This document shows, piece after piece, positions 11,748 through 25,575 of a DNA stretch of 64,000 bases. Positions within the stretch are counted from its first letter, which is position 1; each line of letters starts with the position of its first letter. A program made the position numbers and the translations under genes. The notes beneath the pieces are model-generated. The model did not search any database. It was not told where the DNA came from and was given only the letters and a program-made list of their open reading frames with translations. This stretch comes from Escherichia coli (GTDB lineage: Bacteria > Pseudomonadota > Gammaproteobacteria > Enterobacterales > Enterobacteriaceae): NCBI RefSeq assembly GCF_050920415.1, contig NZ_CP169309.1, one strand, 5' to 3'.

Positions 11748-11776
11748 CGAGAGCAGGTGATCCTGCTCTCGTTTGC

Positions 11777-12381
11777 TTAAAAACGAATCTTATGACGCCC
11801 GGCAAGGGAGTGTGACAGCGTGGTGCCATCGACCATTTCCAGCTCGCCGCCAACCGGTACGCCATGAGCGATTCGGCTGGCTTCCACGTCATATTGCGCG
11901 CAAAGCTCGGCAATGTAGTTAGCGGTAGCTTCACCTTCAACCGTGGGGTTGGTGGCGAGGATCACTTCAGTGATTTTTTCCTCTGCCAGACGCTGTTCCA
12001 GACGATCAAGGCCGATATCATCCGGACCGATGCCGTCCAGCGGTGACAGATGTCCCATCAACACAAAATAACGACCTGAAAACTGCCCCGTCTGCTCAAT
12101 GGCGTAAATGTCCGCCGGACTCTCCACCACGCAGATTTGACCGTTTTCCTGACGACGCGGATTCGAACAGATGTTACAGACTTCCTGTTCGGTGAAGGTG
12201 CGGCAATCGGCGCAGTGGCCGATTTCCGACATCGCCCGGGTGAGCGCCTGCGCCAGACGCATCCCGCCGCTACGATCGCGCTGAAGCAGCGTGAACGCCA
12301 TACGCTGCGCCGACTTCGGGCCAACGCCCGGCAGACAGCGCAGTGCTTCCATAAGCTGTGTTAACAGCGGGCTGGTTTGCA

Positions 12382-12382
<1 letters not shown>
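11777..12382 (-). CDS. recR: Recombination protein RecR (201 aa)
   Basis: Cys4 zinc finger (CxxC...CxxC) and Toprim region; dnaX-ybaB-recR order. Confidence 0.92.
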
Positions 12383-12726
<344 letters not shown>

Positions 12727-12763
12727 TCACGTTAAGGATGACGAACGTAAGCTGTGCTTACGA

Positions 12764-14695
12764 TCAAATGGGGCGGATACTTTCTTCATCCAGCTCCGCA
12801 TCGAAGAACCGACGCAGGGTCTGAATATTATTATCCGCAATAATGGACTCGCGCGCCTGCGCAAGTTTTTCTTCGTATATCGCCTGACGCCATTCCAGCG
12901 GCGTACGCACCGCGGGATTATCATCTTCAACGATAGTCAGTTCAACCGTTGAACCTTTTAACGTGCTCAACGCTTCAGCCAGTTTTTGCTGTGCGCCGCT
13001 GTTATTCAGATGACGCTGAGAGGAGCGCAAATGCAGACACACCGTGTTGCCGTTCTCCTCTTTCCAGGCATTTAACGCCACCTGTTCGACCAGTTTTGGT
13101 AGCGAAAGTTGACTCACCTGAGCCGCCCACGGGTCGCGCTCAATGGCTTCTGCCGCCAGCTTCGCCGCCAGTTCCGGCGTTTTTTCATGTTCCAGCGCTT
13201 TTTTTAGCGCCTTCGGCGTGGCGACCACTTCTTTTTGCTGCATCACTGGAGTGGTAGCCTTCCAGCGATACGCTTCTTTTTTGGCTGGTGCTTTTTCCAG
13301 CGCCGATGGCACCGGACGCGCCTGAACGCGATCGGTGACCGAAGCCAGTCTTTCCAGCGCAGCGTTATTCACCGGCCGCGCGCGGGTAGCGGCTGCCGGT
13401 TCACTCTTTTTTGCTTTGGTTGCTCCCTGTGCGCGCTGCAGTTGTTGGCGCGCCGCCAGCACCTGGCTGGTGGTTTCTGAGAGCGGTACAGTCGGTGCCT
13501 GCTGCGGAGCTGATTGCGGTTGCGGCGGCACCTGGGTTGGCGTCATTACTGCCGTTGGCGCGACGGGCGCAAAAGACTGGCGTGGCACTTCTGGCTCAGG
13601 CAGCGGCATACGCGGATGAAACGCCAGTGCGCGCAACAGCGTCATCTCAACGCCCATGCGGCGGTCCGGCGCATACGGTAATTCTTTGCGACCAATCAAC
13701 AGCGTTTGATAGTAAAGCTGAATATCCGTCGGCGGTATGGTGCGCGCCAGTTCACGCATCCGCAGCTCGATGGCGGCCATGTCGTTGCCCAGCGCAGCAG
13801 GGGAAAGTTGCACCATTGCAATGCGGTGCAACAGGCCGAGCATTTCTACCAGCAACGCTTCCCACTCAATACCACGAGCGGCGGCTTCATTAATCAGCGA
13901 CATTACACGCTCGCCGTTGGCTTCAACCATCGCTTCAACCAGCGACAGCGCCTGATCGTCGTCAAGCGTACCCAGCATCGCACTGACCGCCTGAGTTGAA
14001 ACCTGGCCGTCACCGCTGGCAATCGCCTGGTCGGTCAGACTTAAGGCATCTCGCAGGCTGCCTTCAGCGGCGCGCGCCAGCAATTGCAGCGCCCGCGGCT
14101 CGTGAGCGATATGTTCTTCGTTGAGGATGTGCTCAAGCTGATGGCGAATTTGCTCGACATCCAGCGCTTTGAGATGAAATTGCAGACAGCGTGACAAAAT
14201 CGTCACCGGCAATTTCTGCGGATCGGTCGTCGCCAGCAGAAACTTGACGTGCTCCGGCGGTTCTTCAAGGGTTTTTAACAGTGCGTTAAAGCTGTGGCGC
14301 GACAGCATATGCACTTCGTCGATCAGATAAACTTTAAAACGACCACGCGCTGGCGCGTACTGGACGTTATCCAGCAGGTCGCGGGTATCTTCGACTTTGG
14401 TACGCGAGGCGGCGTCGATTTCAATCAGATCGACAAAGCGCCCCTGCTCAATTTCACGACAGTTATCGCACACGCCGCACGGCGTCGCGGTAATGCCGGT
14501 TTCGCAGTTTAGCCCCTTCGCCAGCAGTCGGGCGATAGAGGTTTTTCCGACGCCACGGGTGCCGGAAAAAAGATAAGCATGATGAATACGCCCTAACGAC
14601 AAGCCGTTCGCCAGTGCGGTCAGCACATGTTCCTGGCCGACGACGTCAGCAAAGGTTTGTGGGCGCCATTTTCGGGCTAAGACCTGATAACTCAT
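12764..14695 (-). CDS. dnaX: DNA polymerase III subunits tau/gamma (643 aa tau)
   Basis: AAA+ Walker A (GTRGVGKTS) and Zn-binding cysteines; internal A-AAA-AAG frameshift site. Confidence 0.95.
   Translation of the reverse strand: MSYQVLARKWRPQTFADVVGQEHVLTALANGLSLGRIHHAYLFSGTRGVGKTSIARLLAKGLNCETGITATPCGVCDNCREIEQGRFVDLIEIDAASRTKVEDTRDLLDNVQYAPARGRFKVYLIDEVHMLSRHSFNALLKTLEEPPEHVKFLLATTDPQKLPVTILSRCLQFHLKALDVEQIRHQLEHILNEEHIAHEPRALQLLARAAEGSLRDALSLTDQAIASGDGQVSTQAVSAMLGTLDDDQALSLVEAMVEANGERVMSLINEAAARGIEWEALLVEMLGLLHRIAMVQLSPAALGNDMAAIELRMRELARTIPPTDIQLYYQTLLIGRKELPYAPDRRMGVEMTLLRALAFHPRMPLPEPEVPRQSFAPVAPTAVMTPTQVPPQPQSAPQQAPTVPLSETTSQVLAARQQLQRAQGATKAKKSEPAAATRARPVNNAALERLASVTDRVQARPVPSALEKAPAKKEAYRWKATTPVMQQKEVVATPKALKKALEHEKTPELAAKLAAEAIERDPWAAQVSQLSLPKLVEQVALNAWKEENGNTVCLHLRSSQRHLNNSGAQQKLAEALSTLKGSTVELTIVEDDNPAVRTPLEWRQAIYEEKLAQARESIIADNNIQTLRRFFDAELDEESIRPI
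13406..13412 (-). other. Programmed -1 ribosomal frameshift heptamer A-AAA-AAG in dnaX (codons 428-430); the -1 frame reads GAG then UGA, producing gamma
   Basis: Heptamer located in frame by counting codons from the dnaX start; GC-rich hairpin immediately 3' at about 13372-13400. Confidence 0.85.
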
Positions 14696-14823
14696 TGGCA
14701 GGCTCTGAAACGCTGGAAGGTGGATTCACGAAGGGGTAATGCTAACACAGCCCCGTCAGAACGGCGAGGCTGAATGCACATCTTGTGCTGCCCGTAGCGT
14801 GAGCAGCGCAAGACTGACGATAA

Positions 14824-15375
14824 TTAATGGCCCGGGAACGGAACAAGGCTGTAGCTGGTAATGCCCTGTTTTTCGAGACGCTGTTCGCCGCCGAGATCGA
14901 ACAGGTTGATAATGAACGCAGCATCAGCCACTTCACCACCCAGACGACGGATCAGTTTAACGGTCGCTTCGATAGTGCCGCCGGTTGCCAGCAGGTCGTC
15001 CACCACCAGAACTTTGTCGCCCGGTTTGATGGCATCAACGTGGATTTCCAGCTGATCGGTGCCGTATTCCAGATCGTAAGTTTCACTGATGGTCTCACGC
15101 GGCAGTTTGCCCGGTTTACGGACCGGTACAAAGCCAACGCCCAGACCCAGAGCTACCGGAGCGCCAAACAAGAAGCCACGCGCTTCGGTGCCGACAACTT
15201 TGGTAATGCCCGCATTTTTGTAACGCTCAACCAGCAAGTCGATGCTGAGAGCGTAAGCTTTCGGGTCTTCCAGTAAGCTGGTGACATCACGGAAAAGAAT
15301 GCCGGGTTTTGGGTAGTCCTGAATGCTTTTGATGCTATTTTTGAGATACTCAAGCTGCTGTGCAGTCGCGGTCAT
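14824..15375 (-). CDS. apt: Adenine phosphoribosyltransferase (183 aa)
   Basis: Starts [15 protein letters not shown]; PRPP-binding motif [13 protein letters not shown]. Confidence 0.92.
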
Positions 15376-15527
15376 AAGTGTATGCCTGCTTGTTACGGTG
15401 GTACTCACGGCGCGTTTTAAACGTATCAAAAGTAACAGTTGTTTAACCTTTGACCGCCTGCGCCTGTGCTCGAAAACGCCAGAATGTACTGGCTGTACGC
15501 AATAATTGCAACTGCGATTGTTGTGCT

Positions 15528-15905
15528 TCAGTGCTTTTCTTGCTTTTCATCAATCACCGGAATTCGCCACATATAAAAAAGCAAACAGGCGAGAATTACC
15601 AGCAACATGATGCGCACCCATGGCATCTGGACGAACCACAGAGAAATGGCAAACGTGAGCAAAATAAGCAAAATCGCCCGCGGTTTGACGCCGCGCGGCA
15701 TCGCATGATGTTTCTGCCAGAAACGTAGATAGCTACCAAACCATGAGCGGTACAGCAACCAGGCGTGAAAGCGCGGGGAAGAACGGGCAAAGCACCAGGC
15801 CGCCAGCAGGATAAACGGCGTCGTCGGTAATACCGGTAATACCACGCCCAGCGTACCCAGCACTACCGCCAGCCAGCCAATGATGATTAAAATGATTCGT
15901 TGCAT
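15528..15905 (-). CDS. ybaN: Small inner-membrane protein YbaN (125 aa)
   Basis: Hydrophobic 125-aa ORF divergent from priC, as in K-12. Confidence 0.75.
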
Positions 15906-15974
15906 ATTGAGTGTTGTCAGCTTACAGAGTTGCTACTTTAGCATAACAATTATCATTTTCATTGAGGTCTTATC

Positions 15975-16502
15975 GTGAAAACCGCCCTGCTGCTGGAAAA
16001 ACTGGAAGGACAGCTCGCCACGCTGCGTCAGCGTTGTGCCCCGGTAGCGCAATTTGCCACGCTAAGTGCCCGTTTTGACAGGCACCTTTTTCAGACCCGT
16101 GCGACAACACTACAGGCTTGTCTCGATGAGGCGGGCGATAATCTGGCTGCGCTTCGTCATGCGGTTGAGCAGCAACAGCTGCCGCAAGTGGCCTGGCTGG
16201 CGGAACATCTGGCTGCACAACTGGAAGCCATCGCGCGTGAAGCCTCCGCCTGGTCATTGCGCGAGTGGGACAGTGCGCCACCGAAAATTGCCCGCTGGCA
16301 GCGTAAACGTATTCAGCATCAGGATTTTGAGCGGCGGCTACGTGAGATGGTAGCCGAACGTCGAGCCCGCCTGGCGCGGGTGACCGATCTCGTGGAACAG
16401 CAAACGCTGCATCGTGAAGTGGAAGCCTATGAAGCGCGCCTGGCACGCTGCCGCCATGCGCTGGAAAAAATCGAAAACAGGTTAGCGCGTTTAACCCGCT
16501 AG
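15975..16502 (+). CDS. priC: Primosomal replication protein PriC (175 aa), GTG start
   Basis: 175-aa basic, Arg/Ala-rich ORF at the syntenic position. Confidence 0.8.
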   Translation: MKTALLLEKLEGQLATLRQRCAPVAQFATLSARFDRHLFQTRATTLQACLDEAGDNLAALRHAVEQQQLPQVAWLAEHLAAQLEAIAREASAWSLREWDSAPPKIARWQRKRIQHQDFERRLREMVAERRARLARVTDLVEQQTLHREVEAYEARLARCRHALEKIENRLARLTR

Positions 16503-16515
16503 CAATGGAGAGAGT

Positions 16516-16677
16516 ATGTCACTGGAAAATGCCCCTGACGATGTCAAACTGGCTGTCGATTTGATTGTGCTGCTGGAAGAAAATCAGATCCCAGCACGCA
16601 CCGTGCTGCGCGCGCTGGATATTGTAAAACGCGATTATGAAAAGAAATTAACGCGCGATGATGAGGCGGAAAAGTGA
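16516..16677 (+). CDS. ybaM: Small protein YbaM (53 aa)
   Basis: ATG 14 bp after the priC stop; 53 codons ([23 protein letters not shown]...). Confidence 0.65.
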   Translation: MSLENAPDDVKLAVDLIVLLEENQIPARTVLRALDIVKRDYEKKLTRDDEAEK

Positions 16678-16730
16678 GAAATAAATGGGGCCGCTAAATG
16701 TCCCCTAAGATTGCGGGCAAACGCAAAACT

Positions 16731-16835
16731 GCCTGATGCGCTACGCTTATCAGGCCTACACCGCTCCTGCAATATATTGAATTCTTGCGGTTTCGTAGGC
16801 CGGAGAAGGCGGTCACGCCGCATCCGGCATGAACA
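16731..16835. repeat. REP element pair between ybaM and mscK, flanked by two copies of a GGGGC..CTAAATGTC..CCCC motif (16687-16705 and 16859-16880)
   Basis: CTGATGCGCTACGCTTATCAGGCCTACA and GTAGGCCGGAGAAGGCG...GCCGCATCCGGCA palindromic units read directly. Confidence 0.8.
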
Positions 16836-16888
16836 ACGCGCACTTTGTCAGTAATCTCGGGGCAACTAAATGTCGCCCCCTTTGGTTA

Positions 16889-19800
16889 TTACCCTACCGC
16901 TGGTGTTGGATCGTCGCCTTTGTAGTCGCGTTTCACTTCCGTCACTTCATCGCCCTTCTCGTTGTGCAGATGCACTTCAAGCTGGTTAAAGGCAATGTTG
17001 ATGTCGTTTTCACGGCACAGCTGATCAATAGTACGGTTCAGCTCATCAACAGTACGACTGCGGTCACGCAGTTCACGCACGTAAAGGCGCAGCTCGTGAT
17101 CCAACGTGCTGGCACCAAACGCCGTAAAGAAGACTTCCGGCATGGGTTCGTGCATCACCCTTGGGTGCTCAGTCGCCGCCTTCAGCAACACTTTACGCAC
17201 TTTTTCCAGATCGGAGCCATAGGCCACGCCCAGGCGGATCACCAGACGCGTGGTGGTGTCGGTTAACGACCAGTTGATCAGACGCTCGGTAACAAACGCT
17301 TTGTTCGGGATGATCACTTCTTTGCGATCGAAATCGGTAATCGTTGTCGCACGAATACGGATCTTACTGACCGTCCCAGAGTAGGTACCAATGGTTACCG
17401 TGTCGCCAATGCGCACCGGACGTTCGAACAGGATAATCAAACCGGAGACGAAGTTACCGAAGATCTCTTGTAAACCAAAACCAAGACCTACGGATAATGC
17501 CGCCGCCAGCCACTGGAGTTTATCCCACGAGACACCCAGCGATCCGAACACCGTCATCGCACCAACGGCAATAATGATGTAGTTAAGGATGGTAGTAATG
17601 GCATACGACGCGCCCTGGCGCATATTCAGTCGCGAGAGCACCAATACTTCCAGCAAACCAGGCAGGTTGCGAATCAACGCCCAAGCTACCATTGAGGCGA
17701 TAATCGCAAACAACAGACTGCCCATGGTGACGTTTTTCACCACCGCAGCGCCAGCTTCAGTGCCGTTGTAATGCCAGAGCGTGATGCTGTCGAGATAGCT
17801 GAAAACGGTGATCAAATCTGACCAAATTGCCCAGAACATGACACCGAACAGCGCAAACATCAGCAACATAGTAATACGCAGCGTCTGTTGGTTAACCTGC
17901 TCCAGTGCAATGGTAGGTTCTTCCGGCGGTTCGGCCCCTTCTGCGCCCTCTTTCACCAGATTCTGTCGACGCGCCAGCGCACGACGCCAGGCGATACGCC
18001 GCGCCGCTACGCTTAAGCCGCGCAATACCGTCTGGTACAGCAGGTTCCAGATAATCACCAGATACACGGTTTCAATCCAACGTCCGGAGAGGCGCAGTGT
18101 GGTGTAGAAATAACCCGTGGCGGTCAGCACCATCAACGCAATCGGGATTATCGACAGTATGGTAATGGTGACAAGTCGCATGGTGTGCGACTCTTTATCA
18201 CGCCAGCTTTCGCGGCACATTGGCCATACCAGGAAGGCAATCAGCAGCAGGTTGAAGAAAATCATCGCCTGCCCCAGCACATCATCCATCAGATGCAGCG
18301 GGGAAAGTTCTGCCACCACAGACCAGAAATGGATAGGCAGCAACGCGAGACTGATGCGGACAATTTGCCGACGCCAGTGGCTGGTCTGCTGTTCCGGCAT
18401 GCCGAAGTGACGCACGGCAACACCGTTTTTCTCCAGTACCTTCCAGCACAGGCCAAACACCAGCCAGAAAATCGCCAGTTTTTTGCTGAACGACCATAGC
18501 AGTTCGCTGATGTTGAGTTGCATGGTCAACAGAATCAGACCAACCGCAAGAATAATCAGACATACTGGCAGTGCGCGAATCAGGTCGATAAGGATCGCTT
18601 TTGGTGTGTTGAGCTGGCTGTCGTTACGCAGGGAGCCCACAGCGGAAGCCAGTTTTTGTTGATACGCTTTCAGCCAGCCCAGACGCCAGTGGATCAGCCC
18701 GGCAATTAATAGCAGTGGTAAACCAGCGAGGAAAGCGATAAAGACGGCAGGCCAGGCTTTTTCCCAGTTTACCGTGATCTTCATCGACTTAAATTCATCT
18801 TTCAGCGTTTGTGGGAACGCTTTGATCCAGTCCCAGTCCATTGGACGGTTACTGTTCACCCAAAAGATTTGCTGAGTCAGGATGGATTTCAGGTTTTTCG
18901 ACACACTCATTAACTGCTGCTGGTTGATTTGCAGGTTAATGGCCATCATCAATTGGTTACCCAACTGTTTGTTAAGCTGATCCAGCAATTCGCGACGCAT
19001 ATCAACCACTTGCAATAATGCATCGTGAACTTCGCTGTTGACTTCGTTGGTGTGACCTTCTTCCAGTTTGTTGACGAACGCATCGCTCTGGAAGAGTGCA
19101 TCACGCTGCTGGTTAACTTCAAACTGTTCGAGACGCAAATCCGCGATGCGGTTGGTCATGTTTTCCAGTTCATCCGCCGAGGGCAGCGTTTGTTGTTGCT
19201 GGTAAAGGATACGAGACAACAGCAGGCTGCCCTTCAGGACGGCAATCTGCTCTTTAATATTTCGTTCCGATTGCAGCGCCCGCTCAAGCCAGTTTTTGAC
19301 TTTAATGTTTTGCTGCATTAGCTGATTACCGTTTTCAGTCGCGGTAATCAGACGCTGACTCAACTGCTGGTTAATTTCCAGTTCCTGTTTCACCAGAGGA
19401 TTAGCCTGAATACGTGCAGCTTCATCCGGAGAGACGGCTTCCTGCGCCGTTTTTTCGGTTAAGGTCAGGCGCTTACTGTTTACCGCTTCTTGCAACAGTT
19501 GCAACTGGTGTTCCAGACGAGCACTGTTCGCCGTCACGTAATCACGCTGCTTTTGCAAGGTATCCTGTAAGACGGTGTTCCCTTCCAGGCTTTTTCGTTG
19601 CTGGTCAATCTCAGCATTCAGCAAAACCTGCTGGGCCTGCATCAACACTTTCTGGCTGGGACGTAAGGCAGTATCGCCAACATCAGTGCCATCCAGGCGG
19701 CTGCGAATTTGTTGCAGCTGCTGCGAAGCGTTATACATCGCATTTTGCACGCGTTCGGGCTGCGTCTGTAACGAAACCAGCTGGCTGTTATAAGACGCCA

Positions 19801-20251
19801 GATCGTTTTGTGCGTTTTGCAAATCGTCCAGCGCCTGGGCAACGCGAGTTTCCAGCTGGCGCAACGAAAGCGTGCTCAGAATTTTGCGCGTTTCTTCGTC
19901 GTTATCGACATCGCTAAGTGCTGTTAACGCCGCGGTCGCCTGACGCATTTTTTCCGGCGCTTCAGCGACTTTTTGCCGTAGCTGAACTGTCTCTTCTTTT
20001 ATGCGATCGATTTTATCGAGGGTGGCTAATGTATCTGTCAGATCCTGCTGCACCAGTTTGTCCTGAGCAGAAAGATCTTTTTGTTTATTCAGTGAGTCAA
20101 GTTGTGCCTGCAGGTCCGCTTTTGTCGGCAGATCACCATTCGATGGCGCCCGCGCAAACGCCGCATTCTGGCATAACAAGACCAAAACAAAAGCAATGAA
20201 TGCTGAAAAAACAAAATGCCGTGATCGTTTGTAATACTGGAACATAGTCAT
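16889..20251 (-). CDS. mscK: Potassium-dependent mechanosensitive channel MscK/KefA (1120 aa)
   Basis: Signal peptide, long coiled-coil periplasmic region, multiple TM helices and C-terminal MscS-like domain. Confidence 0.9.
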   Translation of the reverse strand: MTMFQYYKRSRHFVFSAFIAFVLVLLCQNAAFARAPSNGDLPTKADLQAQLDSLNKQKDLSAQDKLVQQDLTDTLATLDKIDRIKEETVQLRQKVAEAPEKMRQATAALTALSDVDNDEETRKILSTLSLRQLETRVAQALDDLQNAQNDLASYNSQLVSLQTQPERVQNAMYNASQQLQQIRSRLDGTDVGDTALRPSQKVLMQAQQVLLNAEIDQQRKSLEGNTVLQDTLQKQRDYVTANSARLEHQLQLLQEAVNSKRLTLTEKTAQEAVSPDEAARIQANPLVKQELEINQQLSQRLITATENGNQLMQQNIKVKNWLERALQSERNIKEQIAVLKGSLLLSRILYQQQQTLPSADELENMTNRIADLRLEQFEVNQQRDALFQSDAFVNKLEEGHTNEVNSEVHDALLQVVDMRRELLDQLNKQLGNQLMMAINLQINQQQLMSVSKNLKSILTQQIFWVNSNRPMDWDWIKAFPQTLKDEFKSMKITVNWEKAWPAVFIAFLAGLPLLLIAGLIHWRLGWLKAYQQKLASAVGSLRNDSQLNTPKAILIDLIRALPVCLIILAVGLILLTMQLNISELLWSFSKKLAIFWLVFGLCWKVLEKNGVAVRHFGMPEQQTSHWRRQIVRISLALLPIHFWSVVAELSPLHLMDDVLGQAMIFFNLLLIAFLVWPMCRESWRDKESHTMRLVTITILSIIPIALMVLTATGYFYTTLRLSGRWIETVYLVIIWNLLYQTVLRGLSVAARRIAWRRALARRQNLVKEGAEGAEPPEEPTIALEQVNQQTLRITMLLMFALFGVMFWAIWSDLITVFSYLDSITLWHYNGTEAGAAVVKNVTMGSLLFAIIASMVAWALIRNLPGLLEVLVLSRLNMRQGASYAITTILNYIIIAVGAMTVFGSLGVSWDKLQWLAAALSVGLGFGLQEIFGNFVSGLIILFERPVRIGDTVTIGTYSGTVSKIRIRATTITDFDRKEVIIPNKAFVTERLINWSLTDTTTRLVIRLGVAYGSDLEKVRKVLLKAATEHPRVMHEPMPEVFFTAFGASTLDHELRLYVRELRDRSRTVDELNRTIDQLCRENDINIAFNQLEVHLHNEKGDEVTEVKRDYKGDDPTPAVG

Positions 20252-20378
20252 GATGAATGAAGGTTTCTGAACCTGAAGAACGACCTGAAAAAGTCAAACC
20301 GTAAGAATATCACGACGCAATGAACCAGAATAGCAACGGCGAAAATGTCCAGGAAAAATCCTGGAGTCAGATTCAGGG

Positions 20379-21026
20379 TTATTCGTTAGTGGCAGGGTAA
20401 CGAAGCGTGGGGCACAGGAGATACATCTCGAGTAAGATGGCGACGTAATCGCGAGCTTCTTTTTTAAGATCAAAAGATTGCGGGGCAAAGAGCCAGTTTT
20501 CCATCAGGCCGGAAATATAGCCACGCATAATAATTGCTGCGCGACGTGTCATTAAATCCGCAGGCAACATTTTTGCTTCAATACAATGTTTTAACGTTTG
20601 TTCTATACGGTCATAACTTTCCAGACAGAGATTACGTTGTGCCTGTTGCACAACAGCCATTTCTCCGACAAATTCGCATTTGTGGAATATAATCTCCATC
20701 AATAATCGACGCCGTTCTTCTGTCACCGTGGATTCAAGAACATGAATTAATATCTCTCTTAATACTGAGAGTGGATCGCCAGGGAATTTTGCCTGATACT
20801 CAAGCTCTAGTTCACCAATATTGGATTCTGACAGTTCCCAGATCTCACTGAACAAATCCGACTTGTCTTTAAAATGCCAGTAGATTGCACCGCGCGTAAC
20901 GCCAGCTGCTTTTGCAATCTCGCCCAGCGAGGTGGATGATACCCCCTGCTGTGAGAAAAGACGAAGAGCCACATCGAGGATGTGTTGGCGCGTTTCCTGC
21001 GCTTCTTGTTTGGTTTTTCGTGCCAT
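20379..21026 (-). CDS. acrR: TetR-family repressor AcrR (215 aa)
   Basis: N-terminal TetR helix-turn-helix; divergent from acrAB. Confidence 0.93.
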   Translation of the reverse strand: MARKTKQEAQETRQHILDVALRLFSQQGVSSTSLGEIAKAAGVTRGAIYWHFKDKSDLFSEIWELSESNIGELELEYQAKFPGDPLSVLREILIHVLESTVTEERRRLLMEIIFHKCEFVGEMAVVQQAQRNLCLESYDRIEQTLKHCIEAKMLPADLMTRRAAIIMRGYISGLMENWLFAPQSFDLKKEARDYVAILLEMYLLCPTLRYPATNE

Positions 21027-21054
21027 ATGTTCGTGAATTTACAGGCGTTAGATT

Positions 21055-21078
21055 TACATACATTTATGAATGTATGTA
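21055..21078. promoter_or_regulatory. 24-bp palindromic AcrR operator in the acrR/acrA divergent promoter region
   Basis: TACATACATTTATGAATGTATGTA, inverted repeat with one central mismatch, between the acrR and acrA starts. Confidence 0.75.
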
Positions 21079-21167
21079 CCATAGCACGACGATAATATAA
21101 ACGCAGCAATGGGTTTATTAACTTTTGACCATTGACCAATTTGAAATCGGACACTCGAGGTTTACAT

Positions 21168-22361
21168 ATGAACAAAAACAGAGGGTTTACGCCTCTGGCG
21201 GTCGTTCTGATGCTCTCAGGCAGCTTAGCCCTAACAGGATGTGACGACAAACAGGCCCAACAAGGTGGCCAGCAGATGCCCGCCGTTGGCGTAGTTACAG
21301 TCAAAACTGAACCTCTGCAGATCACAACCGAGCTTCCGGGTCGCACCAGTGCCTACCGGATCGCAGAAGTTCGTCCTCAAGTTAGCGGGATTATCCTGAA
21401 GCGTAATTTCAAAGAAGGTAGCGACATTGAAGCAGGTGTCTCTCTCTATCAGATTGATCCTGCGACCTATCAGGCGACATACGACAGTGCGAAAGGCGAT
21501 TTAGCGAAAGCCCAGGCTGCAGCCAATATCGCGCAATTGACGGTGAATCGTTATCAGAAATTGCTCGGTACGCAGTACATCAGTAAGCAAGAGTACGATC
21601 AGGCTCTGGCTGATGCGCAACAGGCGAATGCCGCGGTAACTGCGGCGAAAGCTGCCGTTGAAACTGCGCGTATCAATCTGGCTTACACCAAAGTCACCTC
21701 TCCAATTAGCGGCCGCATTGGTAAGTCAAACGTGACGGAAGGTGCCCTGGTGCAAAACGGTCAGGCGACTGCGCTGGCAACCGTGCAGCAACTTGATCCG
21801 ATCTACGTTGATGTGACTCAGTCCAGCAACGATTTCCTGCGCCTGAAACAGGAACTGGCAAATGGCACGCTGAAACAAGAGAACGGCAAAGCCAAAGTGT
21901 CGCTGATCACCAGTGACGGCATTAAGTTCCCACAGGACGGTACGCTGGAGTTCTCTGACGTTACTGTCGATCAGACCACCGGGTCTATCACCCTACGCGC
22001 TATCTTCCCGAACCCGGATCACACTCTGCTGCCGGGTATGTTCGTGCGCGCACGTCTGGAAGAAGGGCTTAATCCAAACGCCATTTTAGTCCCGCAACAA
22101 GGTGTAACCCGTACGCCGCGTGGCGATGCTACCGTCCTGGTGGTAGGCGCGGATGACAAAGTGGAAACCCGTCCGATCGTTGCAAGCCAGGCTATTGGCG
22201 ATAAGTGGCTGGTGACAGAAGGTCTGAAAGCAGGCGATCGCGTAGTAATAAGTGGGCTGCAGAAAGTGCGTCCTGGTGTCCAGGTAAAAGCACAAGAAGT
22301 TACCGCTGATAATAACCAGCAAGCCGCAAGCGGTACTCAGCCTGAACAGTCCAAGTCTTAA
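21168..22361 (+). CDS. acrA: RND efflux periplasmic adaptor AcrA (397 aa), lipoprotein
   Basis: Starts MNKNRGFTPLAVVLMLSGSLALTGC (lipobox); track ORF starting at 21132 is an upstream extension. Confidence 0.95.
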   Translation: MNKNRGFTPLAVVLMLSGSLALTGCDDKQAQQGGQQMPAVGVVTVKTEPLQITTELPGRTSAYRIAEVRPQVSGIILKRNFKEGSDIEAGVSLYQIDPATYQATYDSAKGDLAKAQAAANIAQLTVNRYQKLLGTQYISKQEYDQALADAQQANAAVTAAKAAVETARINLAYTKVTSPISGRIGKSNVTEGALVQNGQATALATVQQLDPIYVDVTQSSNDFLRLKQELANGTLKQENGKAKVSLITSDGIKFPQDGTLEFSDVTVDQTTGSITLRAIFPNPDHTLLPGMFVRARLEEGLNPNAILVPQQGVTRTPRGDATVLVVGADDKVETRPIVASQAIGDKWLVTEGLKAGDRVVISGLQKVRPGVQVKAQEVTADNNQQAASGTQPEQSKS

Positions 22362-22380
22362 CTTAAACAGGAGCCGTTAA

Positions 22381-25533
<3,153 letters not shown>

Positions 25534-25550
25534 TACAACGTGTAATCACT

Positions 25551-25575
25551 AAGGCCGCGCAAGCGGCCTTTTTTA
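25551..25575 (+). terminator. Rho-independent terminator after acrB (AAGGCCGC-GCAA-GCGGCCTT then TTTTT)
   Basis: Perfect 8-bp stem, GNRA-like loop and T-run. Confidence 0.8.
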
